Source: Candidatus Altimarinota bacterium (GTDB lineage: Bacteria; Patescibacteriota; Gracilibacteria; CAIRYL01). Taken from it: a stretch of DNA of 64,000 nucleotides. The stretch lies in contig OZ252287.1 of NCBI GenBank assembly GCA_965250085.1, positions 448,001-512,000 on the forward strand. The letters run 5' to 3'. The notes beneath the pieces are model-generated. The model was not told the DNA's origin. It saw nothing but the letters and a program-made list of their open reading frames with translations, and did not search any database. Below are positions 10,511 to 21,116 of this stretch, one piece after another. The position numbers were made by a program, and so were the translations under genes. The number at the start of each line of letters is the position of its first letter. Position 1 is the stretch's first letter.

Positions 10511-10925
10511 AAAATTTTTGAATTTTTAATTTTATAATTTTTAAATAAATTCTAAATCTTAATTTTTAAACAACAATCATTAACTCGAATTTTTCTTTAT
10601 TTTAGCAAAAATAAGGGTAAGTTCGTGTGCTTCTTTCCACAATTTTCTGCATTTCGTTCGCTTCTTTGGTGCAAATTGATATTTTATTCCGAAAATCCTT
10701 CTTAGAACTTGCTTGATTGGCTTCCATATAATTTGCTCTAATACTTGTTGCAGAGCGAATCAACTGTCGAATTATTGGTTTTGTAATCTCGTTTTGATCT
10801 AACTCTTTCAGAAATATAATTACTGATTCTCCAAATTTTTCCGTTCTTTCTTCCAAGTCATATTCCATTGAGAACATTAAAAATTATAATTTATTTATAA
10901 AATTAAAAATTAGAAATTTAAAATT
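10511..10925. mobile_element. Putative element: four-helix-bundle gene enclosed by inverted AT-rich heptamer arrays (family A)
   Basis: Arms 10511-10570 and about 10876-10925 are imperfect reverse complements built of about 7-bp units. Confidence 0.55.
10580..10868 (-). pseudogene. Four helix bundle protein (TIGR02436/23S rRNA IVP-like), internally deleted and frameshifted
   Basis: MEYDLEERT..QLIRSATSIRANYMEA..SKKDFRNKISICTKEANE then +1 frame CRKLWKEAHELTLIFAKI; the usual T.YWL helix is missing. Confidence 0.85.
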
Positions 10926-13620
10926 ACTCTGTAAGTACCATGACCACATACAAGGTACCATCTGGAGCTACAAAAAATCCAATCCCGATATTCGTATATT
11001 TTTCTCGGAACAAAGCTGATGTATCCTCTTTGTACGAAAGCGAATCAAGTAATCTTTGAAAAGAACTTTCCGTATATAAAATTGAATCGACTGAGGCATT
11101 TTTTCGTTCTTGAATGAGAATGGCTGTTTCAAAAAAATCCTGCCCATCAGGTGCTTCATATCCAAAAAATCCCTCATCTGCCATTTTTTGGGCCCACTCC
11201 TGTGAAGCTTCGCTTAAATGGGCATCCAAGTTGAGTGCACCCTCTCTCTGGCTATTCAGAACAGACACCATTTGATTCTGGTACTCAGCAATAGAATCGT
11301 TAGAAAGCGCGTCCTCTGCAAAAAGCTGTGTGACTAAAATTGATCCTGATTCATCTCTTGCAATTCCAAATCCAGCTCTTGTGACATCAGGGTTCAAAAT
11401 ATTCTGTCGGTGAATAGCACTTCTCATGAGTCCATGATGAGCCAAGGAGTAATTTATATCGGCTGCAATGTTTTCGAGCACGCTCGCGCCAATGTCAAAA
11501 CGAGAGACAAAATCACTTGCCCCCTTCCCCTCTGGAGAAATGTGAGAAAAATATTTGTTTTCAGCCATATCATCGGATCTCAGCTGCGCAAGATCATTCA
11601 TATTGTCGTGAAGCATAAGCTTTGAAAGACCTTGTTTTTCCCGAACAATATTTATGAGCCGAAGGAGTTTAAGCCGGTCACGCTTCAGATTAATTTCCGT
11701 CACATACTCCTGCTCATGGCGGGGATTGATGTCAAAATAATCCGGCAGCAGTGGTGCGAGTCCTTCGTAATATACCGGTGCATTGAGAAGTGCAAATCCT
11801 TCTTTGGAATTGATCTCCACAATATGTGTTCCTATTTGTTCGGGAGTGAAGCGAAAAGTAAATGTTTGCCCTTTCGTAATCAGTGGCACAGTAACAGCTT
11901 CTCCATTCGGAAGAATAATCGCACCATCTTCTCGTATTTCACCATTAAAATTTCCAGAAAAAACAATATCATTCCCAAGAGAAAATGTGGACGGCAATGT
12001 GTGGGATTTTATTTTTCCCTTATCTCCTTCAAAAAATTGATGTCCTGTGAGTAAAAGATCCAATTTGACTGGAGGAGAAAATGCTCGAGAAGGATCTATA
12101 GAAAAATTTGATGAAAGGTCCACAGCAGAAATCCTCACCTCTGCTTTTCCGGTATGAAAAACCTCAAAAACTTGAGGTGGAAGCGTAAATTCTTCAGTTC
12201 CGTTTATAAAAAACTCAAGACTCTTCTCTTCTTGTGAAAATAAAACCCGAAAGAGTTCTGCTCCCATTCCATTCCACTGCAAGACATATGCACCATCACG
12301 AAAAGTGCCTCGCAAATTTTGCACTGAAGAGGAAATTTCTGTATTCCCCAAAAGACACGGAGCATCAACAATTTCAATAGGATAGACGGTGCTTCTCCCG
12401 CTGCGACCAGTAACTATTCCTATTTCAAACGAACCTTCATTTAGAAACGGGAGAGAGAGCATAAAATTACCATTCACTACTGGCACAGAGAAAACCCTTT
12501 GCTTTTCCTCTTCACTCCAAAAAACTGTAACAATATCTGTATTCTGGGCAGTCCCTTCAAGAAAAAATATTTCATTTTTCCGAAACAAAGTAGGGAGTGA
12601 CTCACTCAAAGTGATACCCTCAAATGCGGTAGCGGGTATTACTTTGCGTGCAGAAGGAAAAGAGCAAAGAGTCTCGAATGCTCCTGACTGAATACTGCTA
12701 TCTATTTGCTGTATTTCACCTCTGAGGAGCCCTCGCGACGGAGGCTCAAGGACAGAAAATGCCGCTTTACTGAGATCCAGATTTCGATAAGCCACATATG
12801 GACCCCTGTCATTTACTTCCACTACGGTAGATTTTCCTGAAGAGAATGAAGTGACTAAGAGTTTGGTTCCAAATGGGAGTGTGCGATGCGCAGCGGTAAA
12901 CTTGGCGTTATCAAATCTATCTCCGCTGGAAGTTGTGCGTCCATTAAAAGAATCTCCATAATAACTCATCACCCCTATCGGATAAGAATAGGTTTGTGCT
13001 CCATCTTGAAATCGATGCATGATCTCTACGAGTTCTCCTCTGCTGAGTGCTTTGCCAGGATTTACTTCAGAAGAAAACAGAATTGATTTCTTTTTTGCTT
13101 GATCATAATATGGCGCAAACCATTCATATCGAGAAACATTTTCGAATGGGCTAGAAGAAAGTGTGCTCTTTACTGGAATTTCATTGGTGAGAAACACCAT
13201 TTTGAGTGCCTCAGCTTGATTGATGGTCCGCATCGGCTCAAATCTTCCTTCCGCAGTTCCATCAATGATCCCTCGATTTTTTCCCTCTCGTACAAATGTA
13301 CTGAACCACTCTTGCGTAGGTACGTCTGGAAATATCTCTCTGAGCGGTGGCTCTGGTTCAGGAATATTTGATCCCAGCAGAATAATTTTGAGGCTTTCGG
13401 CCCGATTGACCGCTTTGTCTGCTTGAAATGTGTTATCCCCAAATCCATTGACCACTCCATGATTCCTGAGGGCTGTAACGGCTTCAAAATGCGGATGAGA
13501 TGGCCCAATATCTAGGAAAAGATTGTCCTCTGCAAACGCAGTGGCAAGACTCAAAACAATACTGAGTACAAATATGAGGAAAAAATACCTCTTGATATGT
13601 TGAAAGTTTTTAAAGCTCAT
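10924..13620 (-). CDS. S-layer homology protein with RlpA-type lytic transglycosylase (DPBB) and two CAP/SCP domains
   Basis: SLH (VNRAESLK, INQAEALK, LSRGELVE), RlpA (TAAHRTLPFGT, VNDRGPY, LDLS), CAP (YFSHISPEG, ENIA, LMRSAIHRQNIL). Confidence 0.88.
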   Translation of the reverse strand: MSFKNFQHIKRYFFLIFVLSIVLSLATAFAEDNLFLDIGPSHPHFEAVTALRNHGVVNGFGDNTFQADKAVNRAESLKIILLGSNIPEPEPPLREIFPDVPTQEWFSTFVREGKNRGIIDGTAEGRFEPMRTINQAEALKMVFLTNEIPVKSTLSSSPFENVSRYEWFAPYYDQAKKKSILFSSEVNPGKALSRGELVEIMHRFQDGAQTYSYPIGVMSYYGDSFNGRTTSSGDRFDNAKFTAAHRTLPFGTKLLVTSFSSGKSTVVEVNDRGPYVAYRNLDLSKAAFSVLEPPSRGLLRGEIQQIDSSIQSGAFETLCSFPSARKVIPATAFEGITLSESLPTLFRKNEIFFLEGTAQNTDIVTVFWSEEEKQRVFSVPVVNGNFMLSLPFLNEGSFEIGIVTGRSGRSTVYPIEIVDAPCLLGNTEISSSVQNLRGTFRDGAYVLQWNGMGAELFRVLFSQEEKSLEFFINGTEEFTLPPQVFEVFHTGKAEVRISAVDLSSNFSIDPSRAFSPPVKLDLLLTGHQFFEGDKGKIKSHTLPSTFSLGNDIVFSGNFNGEIREDGAIILPNGEAVTVPLITKGQTFTFRFTPEQIGTHIVEINSKEGFALLNAPVYYEGLAPLLPDYFDINPRHEQEYVTEINLKRDRLKLLRLINIVREKQGLSKLMLHDNMNDLAQLRSDDMAENKYFSHISPEGKGASDFVSRFDIGASVLENIAADINYSLAHHGLMRSAIHRQNILNPDVTRAGFGIARDESGSILVTQLFAEDALSNDSIAEYQNQMVSVLNSQREGALNLDAHLSEASQEWAQKMADEGFFGYEAPDGQDFFETAILIQERKNASVDSILYTESSFQRLLDSLSYKEDTSALFREKYTNIGIGFFVAPDGTLYVVMVLTE

Positions 13621-13742
13621 AAAGTTGTAAAGTTTTTTTCAAAATCCAAAACTTGCGAAATCCTAGCAAATTTACACAGTAAAATCGAGTGATCGTAGAT
13701 CATAAAATGCGAAACATGTATCATATCTCTCGAACTTTGTCT

Positions 13743-13775
13743 CAATTCGTAATTCGTCATTTGTAATTCGCAATC
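13743..13775. repeat. Heptamer repeat array (AATTCGT family)
   Basis: aattcgt aattcgt catttgt aattcgc; related units at about 5853-5880, 24798-24815 and 36768-36800. Confidence 0.65.
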
Positions 13776-13776
13776 T

Positions 13777-14379
13777 ATGTCTCTTCCTCCAAACATTGAA
13801 ACTCTTATCGAAGAATTTGCCCGTCTCCCAGGGGTTGGTCCTAAAACTGCTCAACGATTTGTGTTTTTTCTCCTGAAGAAAGAAGAGCATGAAAGAAGCC
13901 AAATGGCACATGCACTTTTTGATCTCACCAAAGGACTCAAACTCTGTAGCAAGTGCTACTATTTTGCTGACGATCTCCTCTGTGAAATCTGTAAAAATCA
14001 AAAAAGAGACATTCACACTCTTTGTGTCGTAGAAGACGCACTGGATGTCATCTCTATAGAAAAATCTGGTGCTTTTCGCGGAAAATACCATCTTTTGGGA
14101 GGACTTATCTCTCCTCTTGATGGTATTGGTCCGGAGAAACTCAAGATAGCGGAACTAAAAAAGAGGATTGATTCATCACATGGGGAAATAACAGAAGTCA
14201 TTCTTGCAACAAACCCCACGATAGAAGGAGAGGCTACTGCTACATATATTTGGAAAATGTTTGAATCTATGAATATTAAAATATCACGTATTGCCCGAGG
14301 ACTTCCCGTAGGAGGAGATCTGGAGTATACCGATGAAGTCACACTTGCCAGAGCCATTGAAAGCAGAATAGACTTTTAG
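13777..14379 (+). CDS. recR: Recombination mediator RecR
   Basis: LPGVGPKTAQR, C4 zinc finger, YHLLGGLISPLDGIGP, EVILATNPTIEGEATA. Confidence 0.98.
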   Translation: MSLPPNIETLIEEFARLPGVGPKTAQRFVFFLLKKEEHERSQMAHALFDLTKGLKLCSKCYYFADDLLCEICKNQKRDIHTLCVVEDALDVISIEKSGAFRGKYHLLGGLISPLDGIGPEKLKIAELKKRIDSSHGEITEVILATNPTIEGEATATYIWKMFESMNIKISRIARGLPVGGDLEYTDEVTLARAIESRIDF

Positions 14380-14380
14380 G

Positions 14381-14490
14381 AAAATTTCTAATTCCTAATA
14401 TCTAATAAAATCCTAATGACAAATGTATAAAACTTAAAATCTTTATATTTAGAAATTAGAGCAATGAGACATTAGAAATTTGAGAATGAA
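14381..14490. repeat. Gene-less inverted heptamer-array element, family A-like
   Basis: aatttctaattcctaatatctaataaaatcctaat ... tttagaaattagagcaatgagacattagaaatt directly after recR stop. Confidence 0.65.
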
Positions 14491-14801
14491 ATCATGAAGA
14501 TTGCAAAAAGATATTATAAAATATAAATTTAAGTATTGTAATTTCCTTTCTTCTTAATTTATGAGATAATAGACTTAGAAAAGGTCTTTAAAAAAAGAAT
14601 AATTTTTTGAACCAAGAACTCAATATCTCTGAGAATATGAAACCAATTTTTGATACTTTCCACACCACCTTCTATTTTCCTTTGTTACTTGGACCTCCAG
14701 TAGGATCACTTGCTCTCGCAATATCCTCCGTGAGGGAATAAGAAACTTTTTTTCAAATATTTTTTCCAAGATTTTTACATTATTTTTAAGCAACACATTA
14801 T

Positions 14802-16664
14802 ATGAATAATCGGCTTGATAACTGGATATCCAAAGTGGTATCTGAAGATGCAAAGAAAAAACCTGCATCTCAAAACAATGAGAAGAAACAAAAATCTTTT
14901 CAGAAGCATAGAGCTCAGCAGAAAAAGCTATCTCCTCATTCAAAATCCAAAAAATCCTTTTCATCTCCCAAAGGAGGAAAAGGGAAGCTCAGGGCCATAC
15001 CTCTAGGAGGGCTCAATGAAATTGGGCGCAACTGTATGTGCTTTGAATACGGCAATGACATCATCCTCGTGGATGCGGGGTTTGAGTTTCCAGAGGTAGA
15101 TATGTATGGAGTGGATTATATCCTCCCTGATACACGATACGTGGAAGGGAAAAAACAAAATATTCGCGGTATTGTGATTACACATGCCCATTTGGATCAC
15201 ATTGGAGGACTGAGATATCTTTTGCCAAAACTCGGCTATCCACCAGTATATGCTCCCCCACTCTCAGTAGGGCTTATTGAGAAACAACTCAATGAATACC
15301 CTGAAGTGCGAAAGCGTGCAAAAATTCATCGTATTGATCCCCAGAAAGATGTTCTTAAACTTGGTGCGTTTCAAATAAAATATTTTCATGTGAACCACTC
15401 TATTCCAGATGCCAATGGACTCTATATCCAGACGCCGGCGGGGAATGTGGTGCACACTGGAGATTTTAAGTTTGATTTTACTCCTGCAGATGGAGTTCCC
15501 GCAGATTTTCACCGTATGACAGAAATTGCTAAATCTGGCGTAGATGTGGTCTTTTCTGATTCTACCAATGCTCAAAAGCCAGGATTCTGCACTTCTGAAA
15601 AAGTAGTAGCAGAAACCCTCGAACAGATTATTCGGGACACCAAACAAGGGCGACTTGTCATTACTTCTTTTTCTTCTGTACTCGGGAGATGGCAACAAAT
15701 TATCGAACTCGCCGGAAAATATGATCGCAAGATCTATGTCACTGGACGCAGTCTGCTCGAAAACTTGAAAATTGCTGCAGACCGTGGATACATCAAGGTG
15801 CCCCAAGGACGAATTCACAAGGTGACCAAGCGCATGCACGATGTTCCCAGAAATAAGCAGCTTATTATTACTACCGGAGCACAGGGAGAAGAAAATGCAG
15901 GACTTTCCCGTATTTCTCGAGGAGAACATCACATGATCAAATTGGAAAAAGGTGATAGTGTGATTTTTTCATCTTCTCCTATCCCTGGTAATGAAAGACA
16001 AATGACCAAAGTCATAGATGCACTCTACAAACTCGGAGCAAAGGTCATTACCAATAGAACTCTTGATACTCATACCACCGGACACGCTTGTCAGGGGGAT
16101 CTCAAGCTTATGTATGCACTTCTCAAACCAACCAACATTGTGCCCGTGCATGGGGAGTTTCACATGCGCGTAGATCACGCACGAATGGTTCGGGAAGATC
16201 TGGGATATGAATCCCAAAATGTCGCTGTCATTTCTAACGGAGATATATTGGAAATACTTCATGGAAAAATACAAAAATCTCGGGAAAAAGCCCCTGGAGA
16301 ACGCATTTTTGTAGATGGAAAAATGGTAGGAGATATTGGCAACGATGTTCTGGAAGACAGAAAAGCAATGATGAAATCAGGAGTCGTTTCTTTTACTTTT
16401 GCTGTAGACAAAGCAAAACGAAGAGTCTACAAATCGCCCAATATCCAAAGCCTTGGCTTTACCTATCCTCATGAGCGGGAGCGATTGATGGAAACTCTGA
16501 AAAAGGAGTCCATCACACTTGTAAACCAAGTGCTCAGCAAATACCCAGATCCTCGACAAAAAGGAGGACTCATCCGTCGGGATATTGAAAAAAAACTTTC
16601 AGGAAAGATTGTAAAACTCACTGAACGTGAACCACGGGTTTTGATAACACTGGTGGTGAATTAA
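14802..16664 (+). CDS. rnj: Ribonuclease J
   Basis: LGGLNEIGRN, THAHLDHIGG, HTGDFK, HTTGHA, PVHGE beta-CASP motifs. Confidence 0.97.
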   Translation: MNNRLDNWISKVVSEDAKKKPASQNNEKKQKSFQKHRAQQKKLSPHSKSKKSFSSPKGGKGKLRAIPLGGLNEIGRNCMCFEYGNDIILVDAGFEFPEVDMYGVDYILPDTRYVEGKKQNIRGIVITHAHLDHIGGLRYLLPKLGYPPVYAPPLSVGLIEKQLNEYPEVRKRAKIHRIDPQKDVLKLGAFQIKYFHVNHSIPDANGLYIQTPAGNVVHTGDFKFDFTPADGVPADFHRMTEIAKSGVDVVFSDSTNAQKPGFCTSEKVVAETLEQIIRDTKQGRLVITSFSSVLGRWQQIIELAGKYDRKIYVTGRSLLENLKIAADRGYIKVPQGRIHKVTKRMHDVPRNKQLIITTGAQGEENAGLSRISRGEHHMIKLEKGDSVIFSSSPIPGNERQMTKVIDALYKLGAKVITNRTLDTHTTGHACQGDLKLMYALLKPTNIVPVHGEFHMRVDHARMVREDLGYESQNVAVISNGDILEILHGKIQKSREKAPGERIFVDGKMVGDIGNDVLEDRKAMMKSGVVSFTFAVDKAKRRVYKSPNIQSLGFTYPHERERLMETLKKESITLVNQVLSKYPDPRQKGGLIRRDIEKKLSGKIVKLTEREPRVLITLVVN

Positions 16665-17018
16665 GGATTGATTGCAATCAATCCTTACCACTTAATACCA
16701 CTTCGCTTTCAAAATGATACGCAAATGCGCCCAAGCTATCAAAGAATCAGTTGTAAGGTGTCAGTACATCAGTAGGGACGTATCACTAATACGTCCTTTT
16801 CTGGATGTACTGTAGAGACAGGTCGCGACCTAGTTTCTTACCACATTGGATGCACATCGGTAGGGGCTCAAAATTTTGAGCCCCTACTGGTCGTTCTGAC
16901 AGGGCAGTTGAAAAACTCAAAAACTTGTCGGTTCAATTTTGCAAATTGAACTTTATTTTTCTAGTCGAGTTTTAAAGATTAGGACGAAACATTATGATTC
17001 AGGTTGTAAACCTGAACC
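16662..17018. repeat. Cluster of six different REP-like palindromes
   Basis: 16662-16687, 16772-16797, 16812-16841, 16860-16887, 16931-16951, 16998-17016; several have GTAG..CTAC ends. Confidence 0.8.
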
Positions 17019-17036
17019 AATTAAAAATACCGGAGC

Positions 17037-17627
17037 CTAGTTCGCAAAACCGAGGGGGTGATCGTTATCTTCAATAGTCACAGTGCCCTCTCCCAGAAGA
17101 GTATCGCCAGAAACATCTGTTATCTGGATAATAAATTCTTCATCTTCTTCTGTTTTGCTATCATCAACAAGAGAAATTTGCAAATATATAATCCAGCCAA
17201 AAGAACCATCAGATGTGTCATTAACAACTGTATCAACGGACAAATAATCATCTCCGGCCTTAGCGGATCCCTCTATCGTCTTGACCCTAAACCGAGAGTA
17301 GTGTGTTCCATCTTTCGTACCAAGCTCTCTCAAACGAACATTTGCTGTTTTATGTCCTTCTGTAACAGTAGGGCTTCCAACCTCGAAGGCAATATCACTT
17401 GTAAGAGGAGGAGAAGCCTGAGGCAGATCAGGTGTAGTGGGAAGTTTAATAGAAAGAATATCATTATAACATCCTTCAGCAGCAACTCCTGTCAGAGCGA
17501 CCAATACTGGAAGCGCTAGTCGCTGGCGAAAGCCCTTTCGCAGTCGGGTAAGCGCTCCATCTGGAGGAGTAACGGATGCTTCATGTGGAGAAGGGAGAGA
17601 GTCAATGTGTTGAGGATTTTCTTTCAT
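17037..17627 (-). CDS. Calx-beta domain surface (lipo)protein
   Basis: Hydrophobic stretch ending AAEGC; VTEG..TIEGSAKAGDDY..ISLVDDSKTEEDEEFIIQI..GTVTIEDND. Confidence 0.8.
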   Translation of the reverse strand: MKENPQHIDSLPSPHEASVTPPDGALTRLRKGFRQRLALPVLVALTGVAAEGCYNDILSIKLPTTPDLPQASPPLTSDIAFEVGSPTVTEGHKTANVRLRELGTKDGTHYSRFRVKTIEGSAKAGDDYLSVDTVVNDTSDGSFGWIIYLQISLVDDSKTEEDEEFIIQITDVSGDTLLGEGTVTIEDNDHPLGFAN

Positions 17628-17658
17628 AGTGGAAAAGATAAAAAAACAAATGATCAGG

Positions 17659-18738
17659 TTATTCTGATCGAGAAATTTCCCTTTGTAGTTGATCTGTTAC
17701 GGTTCTGGCATGTCTTAGCCTCGATTCGGAAAGGTCTATAGGATATGTCTCTCTGAATGCTCTTACTTGTTTTCCATCACCAGTTTGAAAAATATATTGA
17801 TTCTCAGCTACGCTGTACCAGACCTGAGGATCAGGATACCCTCGACTGATCAAGTCCTTTCGTATTTCTGGGAGTATTCTCTCAGTCGCATATTTATCTG
17901 CCTCTTCTTCGGTACAGTTGTTCCAATTCTTCACTTTTTTTCTTCTTCCTTTTTTCTTGCCTTTTTCAAAAGGGCATACTTCCAACTCCCACCCTGACTG
18001 CTCCATAGCATACCAATCATCTATAGGAAAAGCAGGACGAGCGGCATAATCGCCATTTGTACCGAACTCTTGGGTTGTGGCTTTCCTTTGCAGCTCATCT
18101 GCTATGCTTTGGGCAGATCTCGTGACTGAGTCGTTGTCAAAGTCTGTAGGTCTCATATCTCTATAGGCTCTTACTTGCGCTCCATTCTTTGGCTCAAAAA
18201 CGTATTGATTCTCAGGTTCACTATACCAGACGTTAGGATCGGGATACCCTCGACTGATCAAGTCCTTTTTCAGATCTGGGAGTACGCTCTCAGCCGCATA
18301 CTGATCCGCCTCTGACTCATCACACTCCCGCCAACGTCTTGTTCTTTCATAAGACTTCACAGTAATATTATCAAGAAGATGATCGGCATAAAATTCACGA
18401 GAATACACAGAAAGACCATCACTATGATCACGCAAAAATTCATAAATACCACTATTAGAATCATCAACATAATCAATACGATATTGTTCGGATTCGGTCC
18501 TACAATTCTTCCTCTCATAATCATAATGCTCGTACCGTATGGGGAGAGATGAAGGAAGAGTATTCTCTTCACTGAATGCTTGATCCGCACCTGACATCAT
18601 TATTGCGACCATGACAAATTGTAATCGATTTTTACGAAAGCTTGTTACAAGATTGACCAGCGCTTCTTTACCAGAAGATATTTTACTTGGACCTCCTTCT
18701 CGGGCAGAAGGTGCTTGAGATGTTTCATTGCTTTTCAT
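17659..18738 (-). CDS. Hypothetical secreted/anchored protein with two internal repeats
   Basis: 359 aa; duplicated LPx.KDLISRGYPDP.VWYS..ENQY.F unit; identical 27-bp blocks at 17834-17860 and 18242-18268. Confidence 0.8.
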   Translation of the reverse strand: MKSNETSQAPSAREGGPSKISSGKEALVNLVTSFRKNRLQFVMVAIMMSGADQAFSEENTLPSSLPIRYEHYDYERKNCRTESEQYRIDYVDDSNSGIYEFLRDHSDGLSVYSREFYADHLLDNITVKSYERTRRWRECDESEADQYAAESVLPDLKKDLISRGYPDPNVWYSEPENQYVFEPKNGAQVRAYRDMRPTDFDNDSVTRSAQSIADELQRKATTQEFGTNGDYAARPAFPIDDWYAMEQSGWELEVCPFEKGKKKGRRKKVKNWNNCTEEEADKYATERILPEIRKDLISRGYPDPQVWYSVAENQYIFQTGDGKQVRAFRETYPIDLSESRLRHARTVTDQLQREISRSE

Positions 18739-18884
18739 AGAAATAATTATAAGAGAGAATATACTTTTACTACTTAAAACTTCCTAGTGTCAACTTTTAT
18801 CTCTTTACAATATATATATATATTGCTTAATAAATATTAGGCCTGCGTCTTTCGGATTTGTGATTTCACATCTACAATACACAC

Positions 18885-19712
18885 ATGTTTGTCTTTCTCA
18901 ACAACTCATTCCTTCCGGCTGATGATGCAAAAATATCCGTCTTTGATCACGGGTTCCTCTATGCCGATGGAATTTATGAAACCCTCAGAACAGTAGAAGG
19001 TGCAGTATTTGATGTGCAAAATCATTTGCAGAGACTGAGAGATGGAGCACGAAAACTGAAACTCACAATTCCTCTTTCTGATTCAGAAATTATGGAAGCG
19101 ACTCAGGACCTTGTAGAAAAAAATAATATTTTCCCGGATGCTGAAGCCCGTATACGATGGACTCTTACTCGCGGTATCAATCATTTTGAATTTGATAAAC
19201 CAAGCCAGCCCACATTTCTCATCACCGCAGTGCCCATGAAGGCGTATCCAGAAGAATATGTGACAGAAGGTATATCGGTGACGACGATCGATGTGCAGAG
19301 GGTTCTCCCGAGTGTCAAAAGCACTTCTCTGCTTCCTATGATCCTGGGAAAGCAAAAATGTAAAGAGGGGGATTTTTTTGAATGCTTATTTACCGAAAAT
19401 GGCTTTATAACAGAAGGAACAGTGAGCAATTTTTTTGTACAAGCAGAAGATGGATTCTGGACTGCTCCCGAGCAAAAAGTCCTTCCTGGTACGGCAGCAA
19501 AAATATTTATGAAGCGAGTGGAGCATTTGGGGATGCGAGTACAAGAGAAGTTGTTTTCTGCAGAAGATGTGATGCAAAAAGCTTCCGCAGCATTTCTTAC
19601 CAACTCCTTAATAGGAGTCCTGCCCGTTACAAAGTTGGAAGATAAGAATATTGGTGATGGAAAGGTGTCCGAAGTTTTTGGGGAGGTATATAAGGATTTT
19701 TGGAATGTATAA
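18885..19712 (+). CDS. PLP-dependent aminotransferase class IV (IlvE/PabC family)
   Basis: ISVFDHGFLYADGIYETLR, VKSTS, ITEGTVSNFF, VLPGT, FLTNS. Confidence 0.92.
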   Translation: MFVFLNNSFLPADDAKISVFDHGFLYADGIYETLRTVEGAVFDVQNHLQRLRDGARKLKLTIPLSDSEIMEATQDLVEKNNIFPDAEARIRWTLTRGINHFEFDKPSQPTFLITAVPMKAYPEEYVTEGISVTTIDVQRVLPSVKSTSLLPMILGKQKCKEGDFFECLFTENGFITEGTVSNFFVQAEDGFWTAPEQKVLPGTAAKIFMKRVEHLGMRVQEKLFSAEDVMQKASAAFLTNSLIGVLPVTKLEDKNIGDGKVSEVFGEVYKDFWNV

Positions 19713-19806
19713 ATCTCCCCTAACCCCTCTTTGCAAAAGAGGGGGAATAAAACATCTCCCTTAACACCATGCCTGGCGGCAGACAGGAGGGGGATTGAGG
19801 GGGTTT
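19712..19806. repeat. Two-armed C-rich/G-rich hairpin element with nested palindrome
   Basis: aatctcccctaacccctctttgcaaaagaggggga ... tctccctt[insert]agggggattgagggggtt after stop codon. Confidence 0.7.
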
Positions 19807-19840
19807 ATTTTTTCACATTATTCCCCAGTCTCTGTAATCT

Positions 19841-19868
19841 GTAGAGACAGCTCGCGAGCTGTCCCTAC
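19841..19868. repeat. GTAG-type REP palindrome
   Basis: gtagagacagctcgcgagctgtccctac; close relative of 16812-16841. Confidence 0.8.
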
Positions 19869-19930
19869 GCTCCATTGTGAAAGACACAAAAAGCATGCTA
19901 CATTTTCTGAGCTCAATAAAATATGCAGCG

Positions 19931-21085
19931 ATGACCCCAGAAGAACTTACAAAAAAGGCATTGGAACTCCACAAAAACCTGAAAGGAAAAATAAGCTATG
20001 GACTCAAAGGAGAATTGGATTCAAAAGAAGATCTTTCACTCCTCTACACTCCCGGAGTGGCTGAGCCATGCAAAGAAATTTCAAAAAATAAGGAAGCTGT
20101 GTATGAATATACTGGCAAAGGAAATCTGGTCATGATTGTGACCGACGGCACTGCTGTGCTTGGATTGGGTGATATTGGCCCAGAAGCAGCGTTGCCAGTT
20201 ATGGAAGGAAAAGCGGCACTCTTTAAACGATTTGCTGGTATAGACGCTGTTCCCATTTGTTTGAACACAAAAGACACCAATCAAATTATAGAAACCGTTG
20301 TTCGCCTTGCTCCTGGATTTGGAGGGGTAAATTTGGAGGATATTGCCGCTCCCCGATGCTTTGAGATTGAGGAAAGACTCAAAGAAAAGCTTGATATTCC
20401 CGTCTTTCATGATGATCAGCACGGGACTGCTATCGTAACGCTTGCGGCGCTTCAAAATGCTTTGAAGGTCGTGGGGAAAAAATTAGGAGAAGTAAAAATT
20501 GTGTTTTCTGGCGCTGGCGCCGCTGGCATTGCCATTGCCAAACTGCTAATAACTGCGGGAGCCAAAAATCTGATCCTCTGTGACTCCAAAGGGGCACTAT
20601 GTTCTGAACGAGAAGATCCCAATATTGCAAAGAAGGAGTCTATGACATTTACCAATCCGCAGGATATATGTGGACCACTCAAGGGTATGATTGTAGGAGC
20701 CGATGTTTTTATCGGAGTTTCTGGTCCTGACCTCCTGACCGCAGAAGATATTTCCCATATGAATAATGACGCCATTGTCTTTGCCATGGCAAATCCTACT
20801 CCGGAGATTATGCCAGATGAGGCACTCAAAGGAGGTGCTGCAATCGTTGCCACTGGCAGAAGTGATTTTCCCAATCAGGTGAATAATGTCCTCGCGTTCC
20901 CGGGACTTTTTCGGGGAGTGTTCGACGCCGGAGCACGTGAAATTACAGAAAGCATGTACCTTGCCGCCGCAGAAGCTCTGGCTTCATATGTGGAAAATCC
21001 CACTTCAGAAAAAATCCTTCCAGACGTATTTGATGAAGACGCAGCAGAGCATGTAGCTCTGGCGGTAAAAAAAGTATGCACGTAA
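19931..21085 (+). CDS. NAD(P)-dependent malic enzyme
   Basis: [60 protein letters not shown]; start placed at MTPEEL. Confidence 0.95.
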   Translation: MTPEELTKKALELHKNLKGKISYGLKGELDSKEDLSLLYTPGVAEPCKEISKNKEAVYEYTGKGNLVMIVTDGTAVLGLGDIGPEAALPVMEGKAALFKRFAGIDAVPICLNTKDTNQIIETVVRLAPGFGGVNLEDIAAPRCFEIEERLKEKLDIPVFHDDQHGTAIVTLAALQNALKVVGKKLGEVKIVFSGAGAAGIAIAKLLITAGAKNLILCDSKGALCSEREDPNIAKKESMTFTNPQDICGPLKGMIVGADVFIGVSGPDLLTAEDISHMNNDAIVFAMANPTPEIMPDEALKGGAAIVATGRSDFPNQVNNVLAFPGLFRGVFDAGAREITESMYLAAAEALASYVENPTSEKILPDVFDEDAAEHVALAVKKVCT

Positions 21086-21116
21086 AGCAGCCAATGGTCA
21101 GAGGTAGGAACCGACT

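Noticed and set aside
16662-17018. CRISPR array
   Set aside because: Hairpins differ from each other, spacing is irregular and there are no cas genes.
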